A stretch of DNA of 64,000 bases from Hemiscyllium ocellatum (lineage: Eukaryota): assembly GCF_020745735.1 (NCBI RefSeq), contig NC_083418.1, forward strand, positions 372,001 to 436,000, in the 5' to 3' direction. Numbering within the stretch: the first letter of the stretch is position 1; the number at the start of each line of letters is the position of its first letter. Under the pieces are notes generated by a model, which saw nothing but the letters and a program-made list of their open reading frames with translations, was not told where the DNA came from and made no database searches. Both the position numbers and the translations under genes were made by a program. Shown here in pieces: positions 1 through 11,129 of the stretch.

Positions 1-161
1 AATGCTTACTCTACCTCCTTTTCGGCTCCATTGTGGTTTCCAACATGGGTCTGAATTCTGTCCCCTCCATATGTATTGTCAGCTTGTGCAATATCTCTCT
101 GTGTGACCGAGTTTGGTATGATGCCAGCGAGGCAATCACGATCTCTCGTGAGAAAAACAAT

Positions 162-236
162 TACCGGTTGGGTGTTAGTGGTGGGGGGACGGGGTGGGCG
201 GGGGTGGCGGTGTCAGTTCGATCGGATCACTGGCCC
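162..236 (+). pseudogene. possible tRNA-Ile(AAT)-derived relic with a G-rich centre
   Basis: Ends resemble tRNA-Ile-AAT (ACCGGTTGG vs GCCGGTTAG; AGTTCGATCGGATCACTGGCC vs GGTTCGATCCCCGTACTGGCC) at tRNA-length spacing; the middle does not match. Confidence 0.3.
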
Positions 237-887
237 CACTGTGTGTCTGTGAGGGAGCAGTTTTCACGTTTTCCTCCAAACTGAAGTATCGCTGTTTCCA
301 ATTTTCGAGCACAAAGAGCGATAGGCTTTTTTTCTGAATAAATGTGACTCTTGTTGCTTGCTGGTCTTGCAAGTGAACTTTCCTTTGAATGTCCCAGACC
401 ATTCCTGCCGCTGTGGTGCAAGCGAATACAGGTCCAATTAATTGTTGTCTACGATTTTGTTCGATGTCTATTCTTCCTTGTTCAGAATATGCACGGAATT
501 TCCACCAAGGACGGTAAGTATTTTTAAGAGATCAGTCAGCGAGCCCTGATCCTTCCTGTCGAGAAGAAGTATCAGCTTCTGCGAAAGTGGCCATGTTTAG
601 AGACGGGCAGAAACATTGCTGTTCCTTCCTTATGGGCGACAAGCTTCCGGATTGTGATGAATGGGGATTGATTGCAGTCTCTTCAGCAAACCTCGTTTTG
701 AATTTAGTCGCCCAACACTACTTGAATGGCGAAAAGGAATGTAATTCCAACTAATTGCTGCATGAACCTCTTTTTCTCAAATTTGTCTGTTCAGCGGGAC
801 TGAATATCTGCAGTACTTGTGGCTATCCTGTTTAAGTGGAAGTTACGAGCTTCCTTTCACCTACAGAGGAAATTTTCCCAACCGAAA

Positions 888-934
888 TTCACATCAGACA
901 CGGGACATCCCCGGTTCGAAACGGAGCAGAAACA
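888..934 (+). pseudogene. tRNA-Val 3' half pseudogene
   Basis: TCCCCGGTTCGAAACGGAGCAGAAACA vs vertebrate tRNA-Val 3' end TCCCCGGTTCGAAACCGGGCGGAAACA; 5' half not recognisable. Confidence 0.55.
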
Positions 935-1242
935 TGCTTATTCCATTGTTACAGGCGGTAGCCTTTTGGATTGAGGTGAACAGATCTTCACTTTTTGTGG
1001 TTCTATTCGCTGAGCTGTGAATTTGTGTTGCAGAATTTTTGTCCGCGAATATAACCACAACAACGAGCAGCCGAGATACAAATCTTCTCGCAAACTTCTC
1101 GTGTTTGATGTTCTCGTGAGCAAAACTACCTTTGAATTTGCTCGCCCATATCTGTTGCCTTGGTGAAAAGGAATATAATTATTCAGGATTAATTTCTGTG
1201 AAATTTTGTGTTGTTTCTTTCTCCCCGTGGAAAGAGTGTTGG

Positions 1243-1325
1243 CGATGATGAATGGCTTAAGCAGAATCGTCGATCCTCCAGCTGCTCCGACTTGCTGTGC
1301 TTTTCCAGCACCACTTTCTCTTCTA
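1243..1325 (+). mobile_element. Penelope-like terminal fragment with degenerate hammerhead motif
   Basis: GATGATGAATGGCTTAAGCAGAATCGTCGATCCTCC...TGCTGTGCTTTTCCAGCACCAC, matching the termini at 16135 and 57015. Confidence 0.5.
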
Positions 1326-1950
1326 AGTTTCTGTCCTCCTTGTTCCTAAATATAAGTCGAATTGTGTACCTTCGATGACCGTGCTGTGTAAGACCAGTTA
1401 CCGGGCATTGATCCTTTCTGTACCAGTCATAACTCATTTGCTTCACATGCGAAGATGGCTCAGTTCAGTGTCAAGGGGATCTCTCAATTGCTGATGTCAT
1501 AGTGAACACTGGATACCGATGTATGGTCTCTGTCAACTGCATTCAAATCTAGAGTATGAAATGTCTGATTGGACGTTGTCTGCCGTTTCTCAACCTTTGT
1601 GAACCAAAACCAGAAATCCTTAATCATGATTTGCAGCAATTCACGTTTTCGAGTTTTTCAACAAAGGGCACATTTGCCGTTTATTCGGTCAGCAATAGGA
1701 ATGAAAATGTTTACGTACTCATATGAATGGCTTGAGTAACACTCTCATATCGTCGCTCTGAAATCTAAGCCATGTTGGATCTGAAACTGAGGAAATACTA
1801 GACTTTCATACCAATGACTTCGTATCAATTTTATTTCCTTCATGTCAGCAAAGTCGAAACAGGGAGAAATAGGAAACAGGCACATGCAGCTCCCGAGAAA
1901 CACCTCTTTGATTCAGTCATCAACAAGAGGCGTTAAAACGACTCAGGGAA

Positions 1951-1978
1951 GAGGGAGAGAGGGAGAGAGAGAGAGAGT

Positions 1979-2013
<35 letters not shown>
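1951..2013 (+). repeat. (GA)n microsatellite
   Basis: Directly visible, slightly interrupted GA dinucleotide run. Confidence 0.95.
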
Positions 2014-2014
<1 letters not shown>

Positions 2015-2039
2015 AAAGAACGACAATAAAATTGTCACG

Positions 2040-2190
2040 TTTTTTCAAATCGAACAAAGAAACATATAAATACAAAGCAGGAATCAGCAACAGACCTTTG
2101 CTGGAACGCCCACTGAAGATGTTACCTCGTAGGTTGACAAATCGTCTGGAAATGAACATTCCAGCTCAGTGAGCAAACCTACATTCAGAT
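2040..2190 (+). mobile_element. Penelope-like 3' fragment with degenerate hammerhead (2110-2149)
   Basis: CCA-CTGAAGA-T-GTTACCT-CGT-AGGTTGAC-AAATC-GTC-TGG; homologous to the minus-strand copies at 23430-23560 and 46130-46245. Confidence 0.65.
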
Positions 2191-2319
2191 AAATAGGCGA
2201 GTGGGAATGTGAGGCTCTCGTGGGTGGTGCACCCCGACGTTCAGGCTGGAAATGACCACCAGTGATCTGATCAATGAGGACAAGATCCTTTTCCGACGGT
2301 AGAGAGGTGCGTGAAATGC

Positions 2320-2660
2320 TGAGACTGGAATCTGCAACCTCACCCGGTTCACCTTTAATTGTTGCAGAGCAGGAAGAATTGTGACATGAGGCTGGGGTTT
2401 TGAACCCCATGTGGCCCAATGTTTTGACATGGAGCAGCAGGAATTATTGGAATATCAGGCTGGTAGCTCCAACCTCACTTGCTGCAGTTTTTATTGATAT
2501 TGAGAAGGAAGCACTGGGACGTCAGGCTGTAAGCTCCAACCTCACCAAGCGCAGCTCTTCTTGGCATGGAGCAGGGAACATTTGAACATCAAGCTTGGAG
2601 ATTAAAACACACCTGAAGCAGCTTCGATTGACATGAAGTAGGAAGCATTGGGGCATCTGG
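2320..2660 (+). repeat. ~67-bp minisatellite (about 5 degenerate units) inside the amplicon
   Basis: Recurrent AGGCTG..AGCTCCAACCTCACC..GCAGC..TTGACATGGAGCAGGGA.CATTG..CATC at about 2455, 2523 and 2590. Confidence 0.75.
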
Positions 2661-2794
2661 CTGAGGGAAAGGATGCTCAGCTATTATAATCTGAAGTGAA
2701 ATAGTTCTTAGCAGGACACATATTTGAGGACTGAGGGAATATGCTTTCAAAGAGAAATGTCTCAGTTATAAAGAGACATCCTGCAAAGGTTCTC

Positions 2795-3097
2795 GTCGTG
2801 GAGGAGTTCAGTAGTTATCGCTGCACTCTCAAAGCACCATTGATCGGATTCGATTCCAGCAGTGGGCGACTGTCTCTGTGGAGTTTGAACATGCTCCTTG
2901 AATATTTGCGAGTTTCCTCCGAGTTCTCTGGTTTCCTCTCACTATATGAAATGTTCAGTTGTATTAACCATGTTAAATTGCCAATACTGTTAGGTGCATT
3001 ACTCAGAGGGGAGTAATCTTGTGGGTTCTTCTTTGAACCATTAGTGTGCATTTGTTTGTCCAACTGGCCTGTTTCCAGTTTGGAGGGAAACTAATCT
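2795..3097 (+). mobile_element. HE1-type tRNA-derived SINE (old)
   Basis: GGGCGACTGTCTCTGTGGAGTTTG..GTTTCCTCC..GGTTTCCTC core and GGCCTGTTTCC tail as in the young copy at 62533. Confidence 0.8.
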
Positions 3098-3190
3098 GTG
3101 CAGAGAGAAATGGAGGCATTTTTTACGCTCTGTGACCTTTCTCATATTGCTGACTCTGCACTGAGTTAAATTTACAGAAGCGAGTTTTAG

Positions 3191-4366
3191 AACATAGCAC
3201 ATTGAAAAATACAGCGCAGTACAGGCCCTTCGGCCCTCAATGTTGCGCCGACCGAATCCTACCTAACCTATACTAGCCCAATAACTTCCAAATGCCTATC
3301 CAATGCCCGCTTAAATGACCATAAAGAGGGAGAGTTCACCACTGCTACTGGCAGGGCATTCCATGAACTCACAACCCACTGTGTAAAGAATCTACCCCTA
3401 ACATCTGTCCTATACCTTCCACCCCTTAATTTAAAGCTCTGTCCCCTTGTAACAGCTGACTCCATTAGCGGTAAAAGCTTCTCAGTGTCTACCCTATCTA
3501 AACCCCTAATCATCTATCAAATCTCCCCTAAACCCTCTTTTCTCCAATGAGAACAGCCCCAAGTGCCTCAGTCTTTCCTCATACGATTTTCCTACCATAC
3601 CAGGCAACATCCTGGTAAACCTCCTCTGCACTCGTTCCAATGCCTCCACATCCTTCCTATAGTATGGCGACCAAAACTGCACACAATACTCCAGATGAGG
3701 CCGCACCAGAGTCTTATACAACTGCAACATGATCTCAGGACTCCGGAACTCAATTCCTCTGCCAATAAAGCCCAGTACACCATATGCCTTCCTCACAGCA
3801 CTATTTACCTGGGTGGCAACTTTCAGAGATCTGTGCACATGGACACCAAGATCCCTCTGCTCATCCACACTACCAAGTAGCCTACCATTAGCCCGGTAAT
3901 CCATCTTCTTGTTACTCCTACCAAAGTGAATGACTTCACACTTAGCTACATTGAATTCCATTTGCCACCTTTCTGCCCAGCTCTGCAACTTGTCTATATC
4001 CCGCTGTAACCTGCCACATCCTTCCTCACTATCCACAAATCCACCGACTTTTGTGTCATCCGCAAACTTACTCACCCAGCTTTCAAGCCCCTCCTCTAGA
4101 TCATTTATAAAGATAACAAAAAGCAATGGTCCCAAAACAGATCCTTGAGGTACACCGCTAGTAACTACACTCCAAGATGAACCTATACCATCAACTACTA
4201 CCCTCTGTCTCCTTCCAGCCAGCCAATTTCTAATCTAAACCTCTAATGCACCCTCAATGCCATACCTCCGTAGTTTTAGCATTAGCCTACCATGGGGTAC
4301 CTTATCGAACGCCTTACTAAAATCCATATACACAACATCTACTGCTTTACCCTCGTCCACCTCCTT
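3191..4366 (-). mobile_element. CR1 (HER1-like) LINE, 5'-truncated, RT C-terminal part and 3' UTR
   Basis: ORFs 3506-4135 and 3268-3513 carry GPLLFVIFINDL, KFADDTK, LVRPHLEYCVQFWSP; 12-bp TSD AGCGAGTTTTAG (3179-3190) / AGCAAGTTTTAG (4367-4378). Confidence 0.97.
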
Positions 4367-4758
4367 AGCAAGTTTTAGCTTGTTTCATGTTATTGAATTT
4401 CCTGCGATCTCGCCCAGATCTTAAAAGTAATCTCAAGCTACGAAAATTAACGGGAACGTCCATTGCGATTACACTCACGTTTACCTCGATTTATGGTCGA
4501 AAAGCAGGGAACAAGAGTTGAAATTTATCAGATTAACATTGATCATATTGAATACTAGCACAGATATCGGGTGAATGTCAGCTTCATGGGGGCAGACGTG
4601 TTTTCTTTGCATCTGTTGCTTCAAAAAGAGGGGGTCATTGACGTGAAGCAGTGATGGTGAATATCTTTGCTGGTTATTGAACTTGTGAACAGGAATGTTG
4701 TTGTTCATATTCGTGTTAACAGCTCTGCTTTGCAGCCTGGATACATGCCGTAATGTCA

Positions 4759-4831
4759 TGGCCAGTGGCGCAATGGGTAATGCAACTGTCTACGGGTCAG
4801 GAGTTTGTAGGTTGGAATACTGTTTGGCGCC
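4759..4831 (+). pseudogene. tRNA-Arg(ACG) pseudogene
   Basis: TGGCCAGTGGCGCAATGGGTAATGCAACTGTCTACGGGTCAGGAG aligns ungapped to tRNA-Arg-ACG; anticodon ACG kept, T-arm (GGTTGGAATAC) and stems mutated. Confidence 0.8.
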
Positions 4832-5209
4832 ACAGCAAGGCCTGTTGGCTATACCAAACTGATGACAAGTTGCTGTGAGGCTAAGATGTGGATTTGATTC
4901 CTGACATTCAAGTGCAAGGATCGCTTCCATAAATCCCCTGAGTATACCATGGTCACCACAGAAGTGGAATCTGAAATAGTTTTTTTCTTTCTACTTTGTA
5001 TTTGCCAAACACAGCTGCCCAATTGCTGCAACTCCAGGGAATGGCAAGGAAACCAAACAAATACCCAATCTCAAGTTTCAAATTCCTCAGAAACTCCTTC
5101 AGAAATGGAACTGGAGGAGAACACAGGCTGAAATGAAAGAAAGAGAATGGACTATCCAGACATCTTGCCCTTCTGTCAGAATCCGACTCATTGACACGAA
5201 TGTTCTCGG

Positions 5210-5520
5210 GGTGATTAATTGAACCGATGCTTCCAAAGGAATCCTGTCACAGATGCCATCATCACTTTCTGAGGTGGTCAGTTTCATTGGCAAAGAAAGC
5301 ACATTTGTCCACATGAAGCTTCCTTTCACCCTCTGTCTGCCCAGATATTTAATTTGATTACGGCCGATCAGATAAATTTCACCTCCTCTCTCCTGTTGTT
5401 CCTCCATTCTTTGAGGGAAACTCAAGCCGAATCCCAGCATCATATATCTCCTTTGATGTTCGCATTTTTAGTTTACTTTAATGGCCTGAACAAGCTTGCA
5501 GGAAATTGAATGGTCCGAAA
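5210..5520 (+). mobile_element. old CR1 3' fragment
   Basis: Degenerate CR1 3' tail ending AATGGCCTGAACAAGCTTGCAGG..GAATGG. Confidence 0.4.
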
Positions 5521-5539
5521 AAACGATTTTAAAAAACCC

Positions 5540-6355
5540 TTCCCGAAAGGCAACCGACTGTTGAGTCAGACATACGAGAAATGTCAGAGAGCGATATAAT
5601 TAAATTATTTTTCTCACTGTACACGAGCTCAATCTTTCCAACATGCTTATTTGCAATTGAGAATATTCCCTGGAGCAGATCCTCTCTCAATCAACAATCA
5701 TGTGTGCTGCCAGGAACTATTTCAATTCTGATTAAAATAATTCAGAATCTTACCCCCCCAAGGCAGTGCTCCCTGCGCCATGACAATTCAAGCATCTCCA
5801 GGTGATATTAGACGTCCCAGCCCGATGCCCCAATGCTCCCTGCTCCATGTGAACAGAGATGCTCCAGCTGAGATTGGAGCTTCCAGCCTCAGCGTTTCAC
5901 GCGCCTCTATGCTTTCATAGAAGTACTGCATTCTCATGGATTTCGTCATCGGACAACAGAGGAGATGCAAGCACTCACTCCATTCCCCATTGCCGATTAG
6001 ATCATCGCCTCTGTGCCACTCAGTTTGTCTGATTCCAGACCTGGGAACGGGTGACATGAGAGTATGAAACAATATTTACTTCCACGTCTCGTGGAACTGG
6101 TAAAATAACGATGTGAAACTTCGGTGTTACTGAAACCTATATTTCGACAATACCGTGAATTATCACCTGTATATTTCATCTTTTGTAGGAACCTAAAGGA
6201 TTCAATCTTCAACATTCTGAATGATTGAATATACATAGTCCCTGGGGATATCGAAGAAAAAGTTTCAACTCAATCTCAGGATCCACACCTCAGTCTAGTA
6301 TGTGACAAGTTTTCCTGTTGTTCATGCAGTGCTGTTCCTCACCTACCTCTGCCAT
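5540..6355 (-). repeat. inverted partial copy (B) of the tRNA-Arg amplicon unit
   Basis: Reverse complement contains GGAAGCTCCAATCTCAGCTGGAGCATCTCTGTTCACATGGAGCAGGGAGCATTGGGGCATC and CCCAGGTCTGGAATCAGACAAACTGAGTGGCACAG, matching 44660-45000. Confidence 0.75.
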
Positions 6356-6387
6356 TGCATTTTTTGATTTTATATCGTGTTTTTTTT

Positions 6388-6459
6388 CGCATGATCATAT
6401 AGTGGTTCGTACTCTGCGTTGTGACCGCAGCAATCTCCGCTCATTTCTGAGTAATGGCA
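6388..6459 (+). pseudogene. tRNA-His(GTG) pseudogene
   Basis: GATCATATAGTGGTTCGTACTCTGCGTTGTGACCGCAGCAATCTC..GAGTAATGGCA aligns ungapped to tRNA-His-GTG; B-box destroyed. Confidence 0.85.
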
Positions 6460-6949
6460 TGGCACACGTGTTCCATGTTTTGCGACGTAACCTGTGTGAA
6501 ACAAACTCTGAAATGAATCAATCCCATTTTAACGGGAATAAAATCTCCAAGGTGATGATTTTATTCCTTCAGTATGCTCTCTGACGTCATTGCGATTCAT
6601 ATATCAGGATTCCAATTCACCCAATATCGGAAACTCCTCTCTCTTTCACAATCTCTGTCCCCCTTTCCTTCAGTCCTGCCATGTCACTGATTCATTCCAC
6701 TGTCTAACACTCACTTTCACGTTGACACCATCAAGTCGCTGTTTCTAGGTGAACGTGCCCCAATATCACCGTCAGGACCTTCAGACCACTTCATGCACTC
6801 AGATAAGTAGGTTGCATGATCAATCCTCATGTATAGTTTTTTTATTTGAATGGACCTGAGAGTATTGTAGCATGAGGTTCACGAAAAAAAGTTCTGAACA
6901 GAATCGAGGTGAAGAGACTTTATTGGAAAAGACCAATATCGGTGGTTTC

Positions 6950-7470
6950 TGCACATTTGTCTCATATCGTGATTTGGTTGTCGCTCGGGCATTGATTACA
7001 ATTCTGCAATTCACATTAAACAAGCGATATGACAGCTATCAAAATGGTGCAGAAGTGATTTTTCAAGATATTGTCTGGCTTGAAGACGTGCAGCTATTGA
7101 AGTGTTTCAACAGACTGGCGTTATTTTCCTGAGAGCAGGGGAGGTTCAGAGGAGAAATCATTGATATGTAGAAAATAATGAGGGGTATGGATTGGGCACA
7201 TTGAGCGAAACATTTCCCTATGATGGAGGTGTCAATCATCAGTGAACTGCAGATTTAAGGTAAGATGGAAGAATGTTTGAGTAGATGTATATAAAACTTG
7301 ATCAGACAGCAAGTGTTTGGAATCTGGAACTCGCTGTCTCCAAGTGTCCGAGCTGCAGAAACCCTAATAACCTTCTGAGGTCCTCACTTGTGAATTTATA
7401 ATGCCAATGACACACAAGGCCAAAACATGGAAAATGGGATGAGGAGAGTCAACCAATTATTTTTAACAGG
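6950..7470 (+). mobile_element. old CR1 3' fragment
   Basis: Degenerate GTGCAGAAG..TTT, AGGTTCAGAGGAGA..ATTGATATGTA..AAAATAATGAGGGG and GGAATCTGGAACTCGCTG CR1 motifs. Confidence 0.7.
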
Positions 7471-7509
7471 GTTGCGAACAAGGAGCTGGGAGCTTGGCTA
7501 GCTCTGACG

Positions 7510-7581
7510 TCCTACATAGTGAGATAGTCAGTATCCTCACCTGTCACGTGTGAGTCCAGATTTCATTTCCGTGCTGCCACG
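7510..7581 (+). pseudogene. tRNA-Asp(GTC) pseudogene
   Basis: TCCTACATAGTGAGATAGTCAGTATCCTCACCTGTCACGTGTGAG vs TCCTCGTTAGTATAGTGGTGAGTATCCCCGCCTGTCACGCGGGAG. Confidence 0.65.
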
Positions 7582-7634
7582 GCCCGGACTGTTTTGGGGT
7601 TTCAAGGTTTGTGTAAAGATTTATAATTCTAGTG

Positions 7635-8365
7635 CAGGGAGCAGTTGTGGGTAAATTTGGCGGTTTTGGGAAGTTGGTTTGCAGCCGTTTCCTCCCCTTT
7701 CTCGGGGACATCTTCAGGGGTGCTGAGACTATTGTAAAGTGTGACTGTCCTGTAGCGTTTGGAATTGATTTGAGTTCATTTCCACTGCTTCTGTTTGTCG
7801 GTTCTGGTAGCTCGTTGCAGGTCCCAGTATGTTGGCATTAGCTCAACGTGCTTGTTGATAGAGTTCTCCTTCCAGGAATTGTCTGGCTGCCCTCTATTTG
7901 GCTTCTCCTATTATTTTTGTGTTCACGGGTCCAACTTGTTTTTCCAGTCGACTGTGTGTATTGCGACGAGGGGCAGCTAGCCTTAGTTTTCAAAGGCTCC
8001 TCCAGAAATGTTTTGCCAACAATAGATATTCCCGCAGAATCCTTACAGAGAAACAATGCTCGGAGGACATGCTATGACCCGATATACTAAGCATTCTACT
8101 TTATATGTGAAGAGAATATCTCAGGACTGACAGCCACACTCCTCTCACCATTCGGATTTATGAGAGAACATGAATCGTATGCCAGGTTCAGCCAACAACT
8201 CACCAGAACAAATGTCCAATACTCAGCATGTGCAGGACACATGTGGACCAACAATGCTCCACACAACGAGTGCAGAAAACATTGTAAAGGACCAAGAGGA
8301 AGGCAAATCGAGACCCGCATTCATGAAGAACAACTTGCCCCCAAACGCCACTGCGAAATGTCTAC
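7635..8365. mobile_element. old Penelope-like element: minus-strand 3' end (7635-7975) head-to-head with a plus-strand GIY-YIG piece (7980-8365)
   Basis: ORF 8160+ GRQIETRIHEEQLAPKRH is homologous to GRQLTIRIQEHQLATKRH at 49254; the minus part matches 47640-47960. Confidence 0.75.
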
Positions 8366-8439
8366 GGTAGGTGTACTCAGGGAACTCGGACTCTCTGATC
8401 AAGTGCCTGGAAACTCGGATTATGCGACAGTCTGTCGCA

Positions 8440-8640
8440 GTGGAGAGTTTGTTGCTGGAAAAAGGACAGCATGTAAGGTAGCATCCAAGAAGCAGGAGAA
8501 TCGACGTTTTGGGAATGAATACTTCATCAGGCTTATGCCACAAACGTCCAAGCTCCTGTGCTTCAGATGCTGCCTGACCAGCTATTCTTTACAGTACCAC
8601 GCTTTCGACTCTGATCTCCAGCACATTTCGTCCTCACTTG
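8440..8640. mobile_element. palindromic Penelope-terminus mini-element (two inverted hammerhead-derived ends)
   Basis: GCTGGAAAA..CAGCA..GGTAGCATCCAAGAAGCAGGAGAATCGACGTTT / AAACGTCCAAGCTCCTGTGCTTCAGATGCTGCCTGACC form inverted arms around CTTCATCAGG. Confidence 0.7.
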
Positions 8641-8838
8641 CACTTCCTTCCGCAGCAGTGGTTAGTTTTTTGTTTGAGAGAACTGTTGATGTCACCAGTT
8701 TAAAATTCGATTGTTGATTGAGACACACAACCAGGTCCCACGCCGAATAGAGCATTTCTGTTGTGTTTCGGGTGCAATGCATAGCACGGCCTCTGGCAGT
8801 GTACTTATATGGAGTTTCCTGGAGTTTCGGTATGTGCT

Positions 8839-8910
8839 TCTGTGATCATACAGTTGACAGGACTCTGAGATGTGGCTACAGTCATTTGCGTTTGGAACCC
8901 AGTATCGATT
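8839..8910 (+). pseudogene. tRNA-His(GTG) pseudogene, highly degenerate
   Basis: TCTGTGATCATACAGTTGACAGGACTCTGAGATGTGGCTACAG vs GCCGTGATCGTATAGTGGTTAGTACTCTGCGTTGTGGCCGCAG. Confidence 0.6.
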
Positions 8911-10049
8911 GCTACTGTTTGGCGTTGTTCTTCATGTGTGCATTAGTAATACAGTGATGGATCAATTGATATTGTAAACAGCCAGACAGTTCTGGGAAAA
9001 GTCGAGGTTTTAATGACATTTGTACAGTGTTTAGACGTTACCTAGATGCAGGAGGTAAGAACATTGAATTCTTTCGTGGTGTGACGAGAAATAGTGAGGA
9101 AACACGTCACTAGAGCGTGCAGTTTACAAGTTCACTCGCAGGAACCACAATGCGAATTAAAACGTCCAAAATTGAAGAAGACAGATAAAGGATGGCAGTA
9201 ATCATGGATCTCCTGACTTCCACTCCCCAGCTCCCACAATTCCAACTCCCGAGTCCATTGCAAAAAAAAATTACAGAACCATACACGTCAACGGTGGCCA
9301 ATAGAATGGCACAAGTCTTTTCTTGGTCTTCGTTTCATAGTTTCGATTTATATTTTTTTTCCAGAAACCATTTCTTTCATTGCAATCTTTCAGAAACGAG
9401 GTCAGACGGTTTTGTCCGAAAAAATGACGCAAAACTTTGTTTGCGTCAGGGACAATAACTCTTAGATTCCTCTGTGCTACAAGTTTTTACTATTTTCCCT
9501 CTATTTTAAGAGTGCTCTGCCTTTTGACCCCTTCCATCTGACACTCCTAACATGAAACTTCATCTGGAAAAATTTTCCCCCACTCACTCAAACTATTTAT
9601 AGGCCTTTCCAGATTCCCACGTTCTCATCGCAACATGCTCCCCCATTGTTGTCTATCGTCAGCAAACTTGGACACATTTCACAATGCCACCTGCTCCATG
9701 CTATTAACAGAGAGATAAGCAATTGAAGCCGTAAAAGTACCCAATCTTGACAGAGATCTCTGTTGTAAATAAGTACACGTAATCGCTACCCTCAGAATGT
9801 GACAACAACCTCCTCATTTTTGTATTAATTGGGTAAACCCTTCTCCTATATTAGCATCTCCAGTCCTACACTATCCCCGATAGCAATCAGAGCTTAACAA
9901 ACGCTAAATGTAAGGCATAATCTCACTGGCGTCTCTAGTATCAGTTCTACGTATTTGTAGCAGTTTCTTTTTAACGTCTGGTTGAATACATAGCCCGGAT
10001 TTGCGAATTAGATTAGAAAACGACACATCTGCTTCAAATTTTCTACTGT

Positions 10050-10950
10050 GCCTGGGACACAGAGAGTGCTGAAAGGCACTTTAAAAATACGATGACATCT
10101 TCGTTTCTCGATCCATTACATTGTTACTCATCTCACTGGTCATAAAAATGCATCTTCCCAAGCACTCTATCTCTCATCAATATGTGTCATTCAATCCAAT
10201 TTCCTGTCAGCCTCCTCCATTCTAATCAATTCCAGGAGGACCCCAAATTTTGGAGTCGCCCGAAGATGAAATTGAACCAGTGTCGCCGAGGCTTTAAGAC
10301 GGTAGTGCTCAACACTGAGTCAGCCACTGTAATCCTTCTATCCACCACTAATAATATACCTTCCATTTAACATGAGTCCAAAAGCAACTCCCAATATTCC
10401 AAATGCACCTGACGAGAGCCTCTTATCGTGTCTGTTGCAAAGCTCTGTGGTTGGTTTTTAACTCGTGTGAATGAATGCTGCCTTTGCATTTAATCTCCTC
10501 TCAAACAACAGAACCTGCAGGTTTAACATAAGAGAAAACTCAACTAGCCCTCTCAAGTGCATTTAAACTATATATCTCTGAAAACTTTCCCCGTCACAAA
10601 ACGGTGTTCTATATGCAAACCTTTTTTATCGAAGCCCTTAGCCCATCCACGTCATTCTGCAGCCTGTCTGCTTCCTCAATACGATCTGTCCTTCCACCTG
10701 TCATTGTGTATTCTGCAAACGGACCAGCAATTCTGGAAAAGTCCCCGTCACCCAACTGTCTGCCTTCCGCCAGTCAACCAAAACTCAAGCATGCCAGTAC
10801 TTTGCCCCTAACACCAGACACTCTTATTTCACGGCTTCCGATACTTCACTTTGAAAAATGCCTGCTGGAAATTCAAGTTGATTGCATTCACAGAATAGAC
10901 GTTTTCTCGCTTGCTCATTATCGCGTCATAAAATTCTAATTCATTTATCC
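10050..10950 (-). mobile_element. old CR1 RT/3' fragments with an embedded HE1 head at about 10252-10330
   Basis: Reverse-strand CR1 RT remnants (TCATCTGC-like CATTCTGCA, CTGCCTTCCGCCAGTCAACCA); the SINE head reads GGTTCAATTTCATCTTCGGGCGACT on minus. Confidence 0.55.
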
Positions 10951-11129
10951 GTGAGAACCTGTGCTAATGCTTCAAGTACTGTGTAATCCCATCATAACAT
11001 TGACCTCTCATAAGTTATTATATCCAAAATTGATGTGGTTGACATTTATCTAAACTACTAGAACATTGTTTTCAGTCCTGAATGTCATGAACAACAAAAT
11101 CCATTCGCAGTTGAGATATGTAAACTTGC

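Larger units (their letters stand above)
2195..5130 (+). repeat. tRNA-Arg(ACG) amplicon unit copy A, interrupted by an HE1 SINE and a CR1
   Basis: Blocks colinear with 40530-41850, 41850-43250 and 44425-46050 (e.g. GACCTTTCTCATAT..ACTCT, TTATTGAATTTCCTGCGATCTCGC, GCTTCATG, ACTTGTGAACA, then tRNA-Arg). Confidence 0.75.

Noticed and set aside
2320-2660. CRISPR-like periodicity (~67 bp)
   Set aside because: The whole unit is repeated with no unique spacers, there are no cas genes, and the context is vertebrate.
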